A DNA stretch of 64,000 nt from the NCBI GenBank assembly GCA_013115125.1, contig JABANN010000048.1:1-64000 (forward strand), given 5' to 3'. Shown in pieces: positions 51,706-62,507 of this stretch. Numbering within the stretch: position 1 is the stretch's first letter; every line of letters starts with the position of its first letter. The translations under genes and the position numbers were made by a program. Source of the stretch: Perkinsus olseni (Eukaryota). Below the pieces are notes generated by a model. The model saw nothing but the letters and a program-made list of their open reading frames with translations, was not told the DNA's origin and did no database searches.

Positions 51706-52108
51706 ATACTCCACCTCTGAGGATCCCGTCACGCTATTATCTCGGTCGGTGAAGATCGGTGAACGAAGAAAATTAGTATAGGTAGAGTCTGATCGCTACA
51801 TCTTTTTCCACATATTTCCTCTATGATTGTTGGATCCTCAAATTCATTAGTCTATCATTTGAGTCTCGATCAATGTGTGTTGCGTTACCACTAGTTTGCG
51901 ACGCCCCTGCGGAGTCCATAGACGTAGCAGTGTGTGGTATTGTGTGGAATAGTTGATGAGCGAGTTAGAGCGACAGCTGCGATGTGTGTTAAGCTGTTGG
52001 TTCATCTAGCGGCTCCTGCATGGTGGACAGGCTTAGTGTTGCGAATCTTGCGGATGATGCGTAGTGAGATAAAGTGCCTCGTACAGCTTCCTTTCTTTAA
52101 TTCTGTCC

Positions 52109-52459
52109 ATGCCTGGGGACAACAGCAGCGCTCAGAAGAGCGACGCCCATCAGAGGAACGGCGAAGCGAGTGGTACGGCTGCATCCGACAATAACACCAG
52201 CGATCACCATGAATGCAGCGTGTGCCATAACAGCGAGCCTATCGACAAGGTGAGCAAGGACGGCATGAGGGTCACCAGGGTTGGCGAAGCTCCGGCCAAT
52301 GAGAATGGTCCTAGCTGGCTCAAAGAGGACGGTACTGTGGACCCCATTGAGTTTGCATTAGCTGAGGTCGGATATCTTGATTTCGAAGATGACAACTTCC
52401 AGGATGACTTTGCCTATCATTGCGCTATGTACGGATTCAAACCGTGGGATATGTGGTAA
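52109..52459 (+). CDS. Small protein (116 aa) with CxxC motif and the same C-terminal domain (paralog 2)
   Basis: Clean ORF. HHECSVCH motif, then GPSWLKEDGTVDPIEFALAEVGY...CAMYGFKPWDMW*. Confidence 0.75.
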   Translation: MPGDNSSAQKSDAHQRNGEASGTAASDNNTSDHHECSVCHNSEPIDKVSKDGMRVTRVGEAPANENGPSWLKEDGTVDPIEFALAEVGYLDFEDDNFQDDFAYHCAMYGFKPWDMW

Positions 52460-52763
52460 TTGTTGCATATCGATATTGATTGATCTGGCTCTGTCGTACT
52501 AGTAAATCGATTTTAATCTTGATCCCTGAAGACTTGTGTTTGTACGGTTATAAACAGCGGACTCGCCCCCGCCAGCGTTGACGCGAGCGGAGGAGCGATT
52601 ACCCGCAGCGCGTGCGAGCTGGCACGTACTTCTACGATTAACTACGCTCAAATGATAGTAGTGGCTGTGTTGTCTTGCCCGCAGGCTTTTCTGTAGTCTT
52701 CCGGTCTCGAGTCGATTGATGTGACCGTAGCCTGGGTCTCACACTGGCGCGCAGTTTTTTACC

Positions 52764-55700
52764 ATGAACCTACGCGCTGCAACTCACAGTTTCAATGACT
52801 GGTTCCGTAACGCGGCAACAATCCATGGAAGTACCACCGCGGCGGTAGAGATGAATGAGATCGGAGAAATAGTGAGAAGAGTACGAACAGGTTTTTTGCG
52901 TTCACAATTTCGGCTGGCTGTTTCCTATCCTAAAGAACTCAGGTAACGTATTCCGATCTCTACAAGACTGCTTGTGAATGCGGCGAAGTGATAAGTCAGA
53001 AGCTGGAATCACAGCGCTCGCCGCGGTGTCGTGTTGATGTTCGAGACGTTCCACGTTGGACGGTGGCTCTCAACATACCAAGAGGAATCGATTGGTATAC
53101 CATGTAAGCCTTTGTATTTCGAAATCGGGCTTGCGAAGGAGCCTCGCATTGTATAGATACTTAGCCTGTTTACTAGCTGGTATACCTACAGTCAGTCTCA
53201 CTAGCGGCGGAAGAGAAGTGCCGGCTGATCAGGAGACTTCCAGGGCGCTACTACTGGCTCAGAGCCTGTTGACGCCGCCGTGTTTACTGATCGGCGGAGA
53301 ATGTGCTCTCGACTGTCCAAGGGTCGACGTTGAAGACATACTTTCATCTGTCGGCCGTGAGACCTCCAATGAGGGATCCCTCCTGCACCGGGCTTTTAGG
53401 GATGGAGAGACCGTCGCGTATCATTTCACAGGAGGTAGGTATACAGCTGTTGGCTATGGTCGGGCTCCGGGACCGTTCTCGGCATCAGTTCGGGCGTAAA
53501 TATCAAAAGAAACTGTGTACAGGTACAACTTCTTCCAGTAAATGTGTTCGTATCACTCTGGGAATGATCATGCACGAACTCGACAAATATGCCGATGTCA
53601 TTCCGAGGGCCTGGAAAGGAGTTGGCCGTGCCGCTGTGATTCATTCAAGTGAGAGTTGAAGCCTCCCTTCTTAGTCGAGCATCACTGGCGCTCTCTGTCA
53701 GGCAGTGTCTACTGGGCGGCTAGCTGCTATGGGCAAGTGGACATATGCTTAGCGTTCTATGGGACCCTAGTAATGCAGACAGCGAAGTTCGCTATACCAC
53801 GAGTGTTTTGCTCAGATCCTCCCTGCGGCCCCGCCTACTGGTAGCAAGCGATGTTCTATGGATGCGACGGAAGTGCCTTATCGTCTCATGAGAGATGCGA
53901 TGACTTCGGGCCGGTTTGATACTGTCATCGCCGGCCTTGTACCCACTCTTATGGACGCGATGCCTTCCCCTGAGACAGACTGGTGGACAAGAGGAGGAAC
54001 CATACGGGAGAAGAAACTCGTAAGTTTAAGCAGCCGGTGACTCCTGTCGAGCGTCAGTCACAAGTTTTCTGTGTAGTTGGTGTTCACCTGGGGCGAAGCT
54101 TGTCCTCAGTCTGTGGTCGACAAATGGGCTAGAGCAACGATAATCGAGTTATTGGTGGCCACCGAGTAGGTCACTGATAGAAACTACTGTGCATCTGTTT
54201 CACACAGGTATTGGCTGTCACTCTACTGCGTGCGATCCACCAGCACCCGGGGAGACCCCGCACCAGTACAGTACAGCATTGTTTCGGGGTGCACCGTTAG
54301 CGCCAAGCGGTTGAGGCCGGGCGGGGATGCGGGCATGATGATCATGAGCGGTAGAATGGTGACCCCTGGGTATGTCACCGGGACCAGTTTACTTGGGGGC
54401 AACGAGATGCCTTCAAAAATCGCCGATGCTACTGAGCACACCGCTACATTCGAGACGGAGGATGTCGTCCGGCTTGTTACGCGTGCAGATAATTCCTATC
54501 GTTTGGTCGAGTGTTTGGGCCGCGAAGGAGATCTCGTCAAAGTAGGTGGAGCGTTTGCAAGAATCCCTGCCCTAGAAGATGCGATAGGGCAGCATTTCGG
54601 GAGTGGGACGAAGGTGATTATTGTGGTGGGGCACGAGGTCCCTGGTGGTGAGATCCATGTGGTAGTTCGAGTGGGGCGGGAATGCCGTCTTGGCGTACCG
54701 GGAGCAATGGCAGCTATCCGGGGTGTTCTGCCGGGACTACCAACGAGGTGTATCCATATCTTCGTTCCCGGTGCGTGGATTCCTACGAATGCGGTGACTG
54801 GGAAGGTCATGAAAGGTGAACTGTTGTCAACTGTTATTCCCCGACCACCTCCTCTGCGATTAGCGGACGATGCCCTCTTGGAGGATGCCCCTTATCGCGA
54901 GCAGTATGAGCTCGGTGGTAGCCTCTTACCCAAATCCGTGGCGAGGTCTAAGAAGGCACTATACGTTGGCGTGCCCATGCATGTTGTCCTAGTGTCAGTG
55001 ATCTCCATACTGGCAAGCCTCTGTTGGAATAACATTGGCCTTGCTCGATTCTCTCTTGGGCTGGTTGCAGCGTTGATGGTTTACTATCCGTTGCTGGATT
55101 ATGTCGCCATCGCTATGCAGTCAGACACGTCGCCAGCTTTCGGATCCTCTATTGATACGAAGGATTGCCTGGAGCGTATGGCACTGAGCTGGGCTGAGGT
55201 TTGTACTTCGGTTCTACTTTGGCTCGAGAGTACGATCCCCTATGGCGAATATCTCTTTAAAACCTCGTTCGCTGCGGTACTTGCTCACATGCGCTGGGGC
55301 ACCCAGATATTCCTACTCATCATCGTTTTGATGAGTTTCACGTGGAGGCATCTCCTTTTCTGGCCCACTATCAGCTCTATCGAGGCAGGGGTCTACCTCT
55401 GTCACAATTGGCGATGGAACAACTGGCGGCCGTATCTTCGCAATCCGCTCCGGCTCGGGTGTTGGTATATTTGTTGTGCTTCATCTTGGCTCGGTAAGCG
55501 ATCTCTACGCTTGTCAAGAATAGATAAGGTCGTCGCCGAAAGCAGACTCGCCAATTATGCTACCGTGCCAAGGCCCGCGGGCCGAGGCAGGCGGCGGGGT
55601 GGTTCCCCCCGCAAGAAGGAACGCTGGTACCAGTGCGATGTCCGGAAGTGCTGCAGAACCAAAGATAATCGAGAATGCTGGTTTCGAGAGAGCCACGGCC

Positions 55701-58240
55701 GATGGGAATGGGTAGAGACAGATAATACACGATGGAAGACAAAGTGCGATGCCAGCATCAAGCTTGAGTAATGACGATTCTCCATTCAGGTGTTCGGAAG
55801 TCGCCGACCCTTCTGCAGCAAAGGAGGGACTGGGAAGGACGGGCATTCACAGTACATGGAAGGGCAGTCGATATCAGTGAGTCACGCCCATCTCTGTGAA
55901 CTGTCTCACGTATCCTCCGCAAGGTTTGTTTGCGAGTCCTGCCTCTGGGACAAGCTTCAGCATGTGGACGTTAAGCCGGCTGGTGGGGACTCTCGACCTC
56001 CAGTGAGACGCCCACCAAGGACCGCGAACCAGTCCACTGAAGCCGTGAATAAGGACACAGCTGCTTCTGATGTTGAAGGTCACATCGTGTCCATGCTTGC
56101 AAGTCTTGGCGGAGAGTGTCCCTATGTCGACGAACAGTCTAGGGGTAGGATGCTCGCTGGATTGTCCTCCCTAAGTGTGGTGCTACTGAGCAGCAAAATC
56201 GCTCAGAAGTGGAATATTAAGGTGAGTCGCCTCTCCGGATGCGCATACTGACGTCTTATCGACACTCCGTTCAGCTGAGTCCCCGAGAAGTAATGGCCTT
56301 CACCACCCTGGGCGACTTAACAAACGAGGTTCGGAAGAGAATTGATGAAGTAGAAGCCGTATCCAATACGTCTAGGGAAACTACGAACTCCTACTCTGGT
56401 CGTCCTCCGGAATATCGCATCAATATGTTCGCAACCCATCTCTGGAAGAGAGCTCCGTGCGATTGGCTCTTCGAATACACTGATTCCGACCACCCCATGA
56501 CGGTCACTGACATCAAAAAAGCTCTGCACATCCTCGTGGATAGGTAAAAGCAATGACTATGAAATTGACTTCTGACGAGTTCTCAGTTCTTCATGCTCAG
56601 GCACACAGTATTCCGCTCCTATCCTCTGGACCCACTAGAACTGCAGGACTGCTGTAAGGAGGTTTTGAGTCTATCATCCGCAGCGGGGATCGAGTCGGCA
56701 TGGGTGCGCAGAGCAGTAGAGGCTTGCTGGCCGAAAGTTGGGCCCCGTAAGGGGCATTCCGGCTCTTCCGTGCCGATCCACACCAAGTGGGTTACACTGG
56801 GGGCAGCAGTTCGCTCAGACACGCCCAATAGGTCTTTCACGAGTTCCAAGTCCGAATCGAGGGCGTCAAAATCCCTCCGAGAATTGGTGGTCCGTCTGAA
56901 GCACACTGAGGCCTTCATGGCTCCTATTGAGTTCCATATCCTCTTGCCGCGAGGTGTGGACAAACGGAAGGAAGGTTAGATCGATGTATACTAGCTCCGC
57001 AAGCAATACAACGGCGTCGTCTTCTCAGCATTTCGGTGGTTTTACGTCTACGTTCGACTCACACATCTGTTCGCGGATGGGTTCTGTGTGGCACCGATGG
57101 CTAAGGAGCTGGACCACGCTTTCAAGCAAGTTACTAGAGGAGAGGTATTGTTCCGGCCAATTTGGTTGTATAGAAGGTCATCACCAGAGTTGTGCAGGTG
57201 TCTCCGGTTGCTGCGTGTGGCTTTCCTACACTACACCATCGCCTCTCAAGTGCCATCCGTGGGAATGAGGCCTTCATTCGTCTCAGACAGGCGATGGAGA
57301 TCCGACGCCCAAGTGCTGATAACAGAACTCGTAAGACGGACAACTCGAGAGCTTATTCGGGGTGTTCCCTAGAACACAGGCACTCTGTGGCTGAGCCGGG
57401 GTACGACTCGCGGCTTGGCCGCTATTGCAAAGGAGCTCCAGGTCCCTACGGAGATCGTCATACTGGCAGTTGTTTTGATAAGTCTTGGTCGGGCATTGGA
57501 GTGGGACTGCATACCATTGAGCCTTATGCGAGCTAATCGGGATGAAGATGCAGTGAGAACACATCAACAGCCTACTTTAAGCCCTTCATTGCATTGTTTA
57601 GGACCAATCACGAATGTTCGGCTTTTTTGCCGAGTATGCAGATCTTGGTTTAATCCCGTGCGATTACAACACCTCACTCTTCGGCGTCATAGCGCAGCTG
57701 CAGGGGCGGATTCAGGAGAACGTTAACAACACAACGGGTCCTCGCCTTTATTCGACATCGTTGGGGGATCGGCCGTGGACCAGAAAGTAACTCTCCTTGC
57801 TTCGAGCGAACATCCCACAGCAGAGGCCATGAGCGGGTTTCACCTTCTTAGATGCTTTCCTATAACAGTGAATCTGATAACCAGTCTGCCACAGATGGAC
57901 GACCTCTGCGTTAGACACGTGTCGTCATACGATCGCATCGAGCGAAATGGCGAAGCTGATGGCCGTGGGATGCGGCCGATCCATCTCTACATCGAGGAAT
58001 CGCGTTATGTGTACGTCTCGGCGCTGATCTCTGCCAGAATGCGTATCTGATGTTCCTGTTACTCGCAGGTCAACCAGCGATACGGACTGGGGCATTCGGA
58101 TGATGCTCGATTGGGAGTGGTTCCCTTGCTCGTGGCTCGTTAAATACGTTGACAGAGATCTACCAGCTGTAATTCAGCAGCTTTTCGAACGGAGGGCACA
58201 TCGCCAATGGGCGAACGAATACTTCCAAACGAGAGAGTGA
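52764..58240 (+). CDS. Single-module NRPS-like enzyme: adenylation - TM/Cys-rich insert - carrier (T) - condensation; spliced
   Basis: A-domain motifs: TYSDL, AYHFTGGTTSSSKCV (split by an intron ending 53522), TWGEAC, SGRMVTPGY, FETEDV, CLGREGDLVKVGG, TGKV. T-like LAGLSSLSVVLLSSKIAQKWNIKLSPREVMAFTTLGDL. C domain: KALHILVDRHTVFRS, RLTHLFADGFC (57061-57081), IAKELQVPTEIVILAVV...ANR. Confidence 0.8.
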
Positions 58241-61157
58241 ATTGAATGAAGATGGTGCTTGTGTGTGGCTTATGTTTCTATGGCCGTTTTCTGACGATTT
58301 CCGTGTATGAGTTTTATTCGGAGTTTGCGATCCCATGCACTCGGTCCTTCGAGGCTTTGATCTTTCTATGAACGGCAGAAGACCGAAGGCGATAGCAGAG
58401 GCAATCACGGCCCTGCCAGTTCCCAGCAACTGGCTCGGAGTGGGAGCCCAGAGGAATCAGGTGTGCGTTTTAATGATGGCGTTGAGCGGAAGCCAACTCA
58501 GATACGGTTTGTAGCCCGGCATCTGCGACGTCATTTCCGCGAAGGCCCCCAGAGCCTGAGCGAAACCTCCCTACGGTGCATTGGTATAGTTCCCACAGCG
58601 CAGGCTATACGGGTGAGTTTGCGATAGCGATTGTCGGGTTGACAGTTCTCTTCTTAGGCTCCCGCCAGAGTCAACAGCAAACTGGTTCGGGTTCCTGCTG
58701 AAGCTGACTATTTGTTAGGAGTGACGCCGATTAGGGACCTCCAATACCATACAAGAGATCAAGTGCAGAAGGTGTGAATCCATGCATTGAATCCAGACAC
58801 TTCACACGGCTGTTATTGTTCCTAGGCTATGGGTCATGGCTCGATTCCAGGAACGAACGATCCATCTCTGAGGATATACCATTTGCTTCCAATAGCTTTC
58901 CCAGCCAGTGAATCAGTAAGCTGCATCGGCGTTATGATGTCCGAATAATGTGGTTTCAAGCTCTGGACCGCACCTGATCCGTTGGTCACCGACGTGATCA
59001 AGGTGTCGCGGTCGACTGAGCCCCATCGACTGGGAACCTTAATCTACAATCGCTGCAGAGACGGCGAAGAGGATATCACAGTGCACGCTAGAGGTGACAT
59101 AGCACTTGCGATGGCCGTCAGGTATGACAACCGCAGCAGGGCATATTGAGATTCTCCGTTCCTGGTTCAGGGGCATCGCGAAAGCGACAGCTAAGTTGGT
59201 ATCCTTTGAAGCCAAACGACTAGTCGCGATTCCAATCTCATTCGAACCGAAATCATTCCAAGAATTACAAATCTCCATCCGATGCGTCGATCTCTCTCCC
59301 TCCGAGACGGGAAAGATACAGTCCCCGAAGTTGTTGGATATCTTGTTCGAAGCTTCCGAAGTGGAGGATGATGTTTCTGACCTTCCCACTCCGAAATCAT
59401 GATGAGTTAGGATTATGTTTCCGATCAATTCGCTGTCGAGGTGTTTTAAATAGATGGTTTCATCACGACTGTGACGCCGGAAACCAGTATTGAACTGATC
59501 CTTATTTATCCACGCAAAGCAGCTGAGAACAGAAGTTAGAAATCGTCAAGCTCATCGAGCATTCCGTAGATCGTATCGGCGCCAGCTGTTCCTGCGATGA
59601 GAAGCTCGTCGCTTTCGGGAGGCCTGACGATACAAAGCACTTGAGGGATGAGTCCGGTCGAAAACGCGTATGATATAAATTTAGATCACTCCAGACGAAA
59701 AAAGCGCATGAGCAATGAAGGCGTCCATCTCACTTTTCATCCTCCACAGAGTGTGCCCTTGGCCAACACTCATCGTAGCACGGAACATCGATCTCTTGGC
59801 TTGCGCACTGACCGTTCAGCAACGACAAGTCGGCGGGATCTTCTACACCGCCATCGGAGTCTCGTACTCGGGAACCTGACCGGACCCGCATGAATCTTAT
59901 CTCAGGCTGCGATCCCACGTTTTGTTTCTGGTTGCTGTGCATCTTTCATCCATTCATCGAAGACTCTCTGTGACACTTCCCTTCCTCCAAGGGTAGTATG
60001 TACCACTTTGACGCCTCTCGCTTCTACTGGGAGAGATATGGTTGAGCCCTCTGCACAAGCGACCAACTGACGGAGACGTGAGGCAGCTCCCGCTCGCTCG
60101 TGGAGTGTCCTCACAGAATCCGGAAGTACTACTGTGTACTGTATAGTAACAGTCTTCGGCACCACCGAGTTGCGGAGCCAGCTTCGATAGGATTCCAGTA
60201 AGTGGCACGAGTCGAGCAGGACGGAGTTGCATAATGGCCACCGCTTGGACATCTTCTGCAGTTGCTTCCAAACGAAAACAGCATGATGGCGACGCCAGTT
60301 CGACAAAGGTGGCTCGTAGGCTAACATGATCTCGTCAAATGCGACCTTCTCGGACTTGCCTGCATTGGGATTCTTTGCGTCTTTATCGAGACAGGCCCGG
60401 TTGAGAATCGCCCTCTCTGAGAGGTTCAGAACCACTCCGGTGATCTTGTCGGCTGCTATGGTCTTATTGAGCTGGAATGACTTGCCGCTCAATGGTGGCC
60501 CACAGGTGCAGTAGACTGTCCTTGGGGAGCCCAACGATGTAGAGCCGACTTCGAATGGAGGAATCGATTTAGCGTCCAGCTTCGAAACTCTACAGTCGCG
60601 AAGGGCGACGAAGGGGACCCAAATGCAGTTTTTCGTGAGCTGCCATGTGGGTATCGGTATCGCCTGTGGGTTGTCCAGACCTTCGAACCAGACCTTAGAG
60701 TCTTTCAAACTGAGCTCAGCACTGATGGTAGTTGGATCATGCGTACGCACGCCACCGGAAGGTTTCGACCAGAGCACAATCAGGGGATCAGTGTTAGACG
60801 ATTTGCCAAGCCGGCCAGTTCGATAGTCGATACACAAGATGCAGGAAGTGGCATTCGTTGTACTATGCGGTACAGCGGCGAAGCCGGCTATGGCACCGCT
60901 CCGTGCCTCGGGGCTGGGATGGACTTCGACGCTGTAACGAAACCTGAAGGAAAGCTCAGACTGATAGTTCTCTCAAGCGGTCGTAATGAATCTTACTTTC
61001 CAGAGCGCTCAGTAGATCGAACACCCCAACTGCCGAGTGCCACTCCCCAGATCGAAAAGCCAAACCCGATCGACTCCCTACACTGCAGTGAATCATTTTC
61101 TATCTCCACCCAAGGATCGCTCCATTCTCTCGAAAAATACGGCCGATCGGACGTCAT
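58160..61157 (-). CDS. hnRNP U-like SPRY plus P-loop (AAA_33-type) protein with unrecognised spliced C-terminal extension
   Basis: FSIWGVALGSWGVRSTERSGKFRYSVEV resembles the hnRNP-U SPRY start. IWVPFVALRDC, Walker A CGPPLSGKS and Walker-B-like VLLDSC follow. The stop at 59902 lies inside a plausible ~43-nt GT-AG intron, so the gene probably continues towards ~58.2 kb (uncertain). Confidence 0.55.
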
Positions 61158-62329
61158 ATCAAGAAAGTCAATAGCTGCAAAAAATTCACAATTGTAGCAG
61201 TTGTTACCAATCCATCGTATTTTGGGAGACTTAAGTCCGGTCCTCCGCATGAGAACGAAACACGACACGAAGAAGGGGAGATAAACAGCTCGCGAAACAT
61301 GGTGCCAACATCAGAGACGGTGACACGGAAATGAAGAGAGCCCGTAACATTTTCTCGACTATGCTTCTCATAGCCGCAGGGTTCTCCTTCGCTTAGCTGA
61401 AGCCGAAGCTTCTCGCGAAGCCTTGCCGCATGCAATGCCTTGGCAGCGAAGGAGTTGAACCCTATAGCAAGCGCATGTCACCGAACCAGGGGATCGAGAA
61501 CGACTCCCTATACAGTCGCTGGAGTTCCTGGTTCTGCTGCGCAATGGCTTGCTGCAATCTTTTGACCTGTGTCTCTACCCGGGTAAATTTCTTCTGGATC
61601 ACTTGAGCTTGAGTGCGAGCCTGATAGTAACATCCTACTAGCGCGATTGTAGCGGTTCAATCATCACAGCGCGCCTACTTCCTCCGCGTGCTTGGCGTAT
61701 TCTCTCGCGGTTTCCGCGATCTTTACTTGAGCAACTATAAAGGCCAGCCTTTGCGTCAGTATTGACGGGATACCACGGTTACCTCTCCTTGAAATCATCG
61801 TTTTATCAACTTCCACCCGTATCTGCTCAGAACGGAACTCGAAGGCCTCGAAAAGAGCGTCGGCGAGGGTCGTGAGGGAGTGACCCAATAGAGGGTTCCG
61901 CGTGACAACCTGTGACAACCCTCTTCAAGACACATGATCTAACTCGTACTGGTGCGTGGATGTCAATTGGCGAGGACAAAGGATCCAGAAGTAACTGAGA
62001 CACTCCCGTTCGGGTATCGCATATTGGGCACACCCGACCTGACCTGAGAAAATGAGGGCGCGGAGATAGCCTTGCGATGGCCACCAAGGAAAATCCGACT
62101 TGAACCATTTCACGGCATGCTTCTTGCAGAATATATGTGGGCATTTCAAGCACTTGTACGCCACACGTGTTCGGTCGGGTGCAGTGTCCAGTTGGTCCAA
62201 ATTAAACGGCTCATATCCACCATTCAAGACGGAATTGCATGTCGTATCGTTGCCTGCTGGAGTACATCCGGAGAGATGCGCTAATGAGTTACCCTTACAC
62301 CGCAAAGAGAAATCTTCACAGACAGCCAT
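61154..62329 (-). CDS. HEI10: HEI10/CCNB1IP1-like (Zip3 family) RING plus coiled-coil E3 ligase; spliced
   Basis: MAVCEDFSLRCK..NDTTC...CPHIFCKKH...CPIC, then PLLGHSLTTLADALFEAFEFRSEQ and a coiled coil. This parallels recalled HEI10 motifs (MSLCEDMLLCN, CSHIFCDQH, CPAC, LAGL..ALAFWTYQ). The 3' end is approximate. Confidence 0.65.
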
Positions 62330-62507
62330 GTGCGAAATTATCCGATACCAACACAGCGTTGCCGATACCATTGTTGAAGACTGTCTGACTAGCGCGACAC
62401 GGACATGTGTAGCAGTAAACGCCTTCTAATGTAACAGTAACTATCAAATATCATCACAAATAGTTCGCAGTTGTTATCCTATATCGCAGCTCAGCTATGC
62501 CTCTCAT

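Noticed and set aside
52724-52732. ACCGTAGCC, matching the first 9 nt of the perkinsid/dinoflagellate spliced leader, about 30-40 nt upstream of the NRPS-like ATG
   Set aside because: The rest of the leader does not match, a 9-mer can easily occur by chance in 64 kb on two strands, and the gene is intron-rich, so it is not a recent retrocopy.
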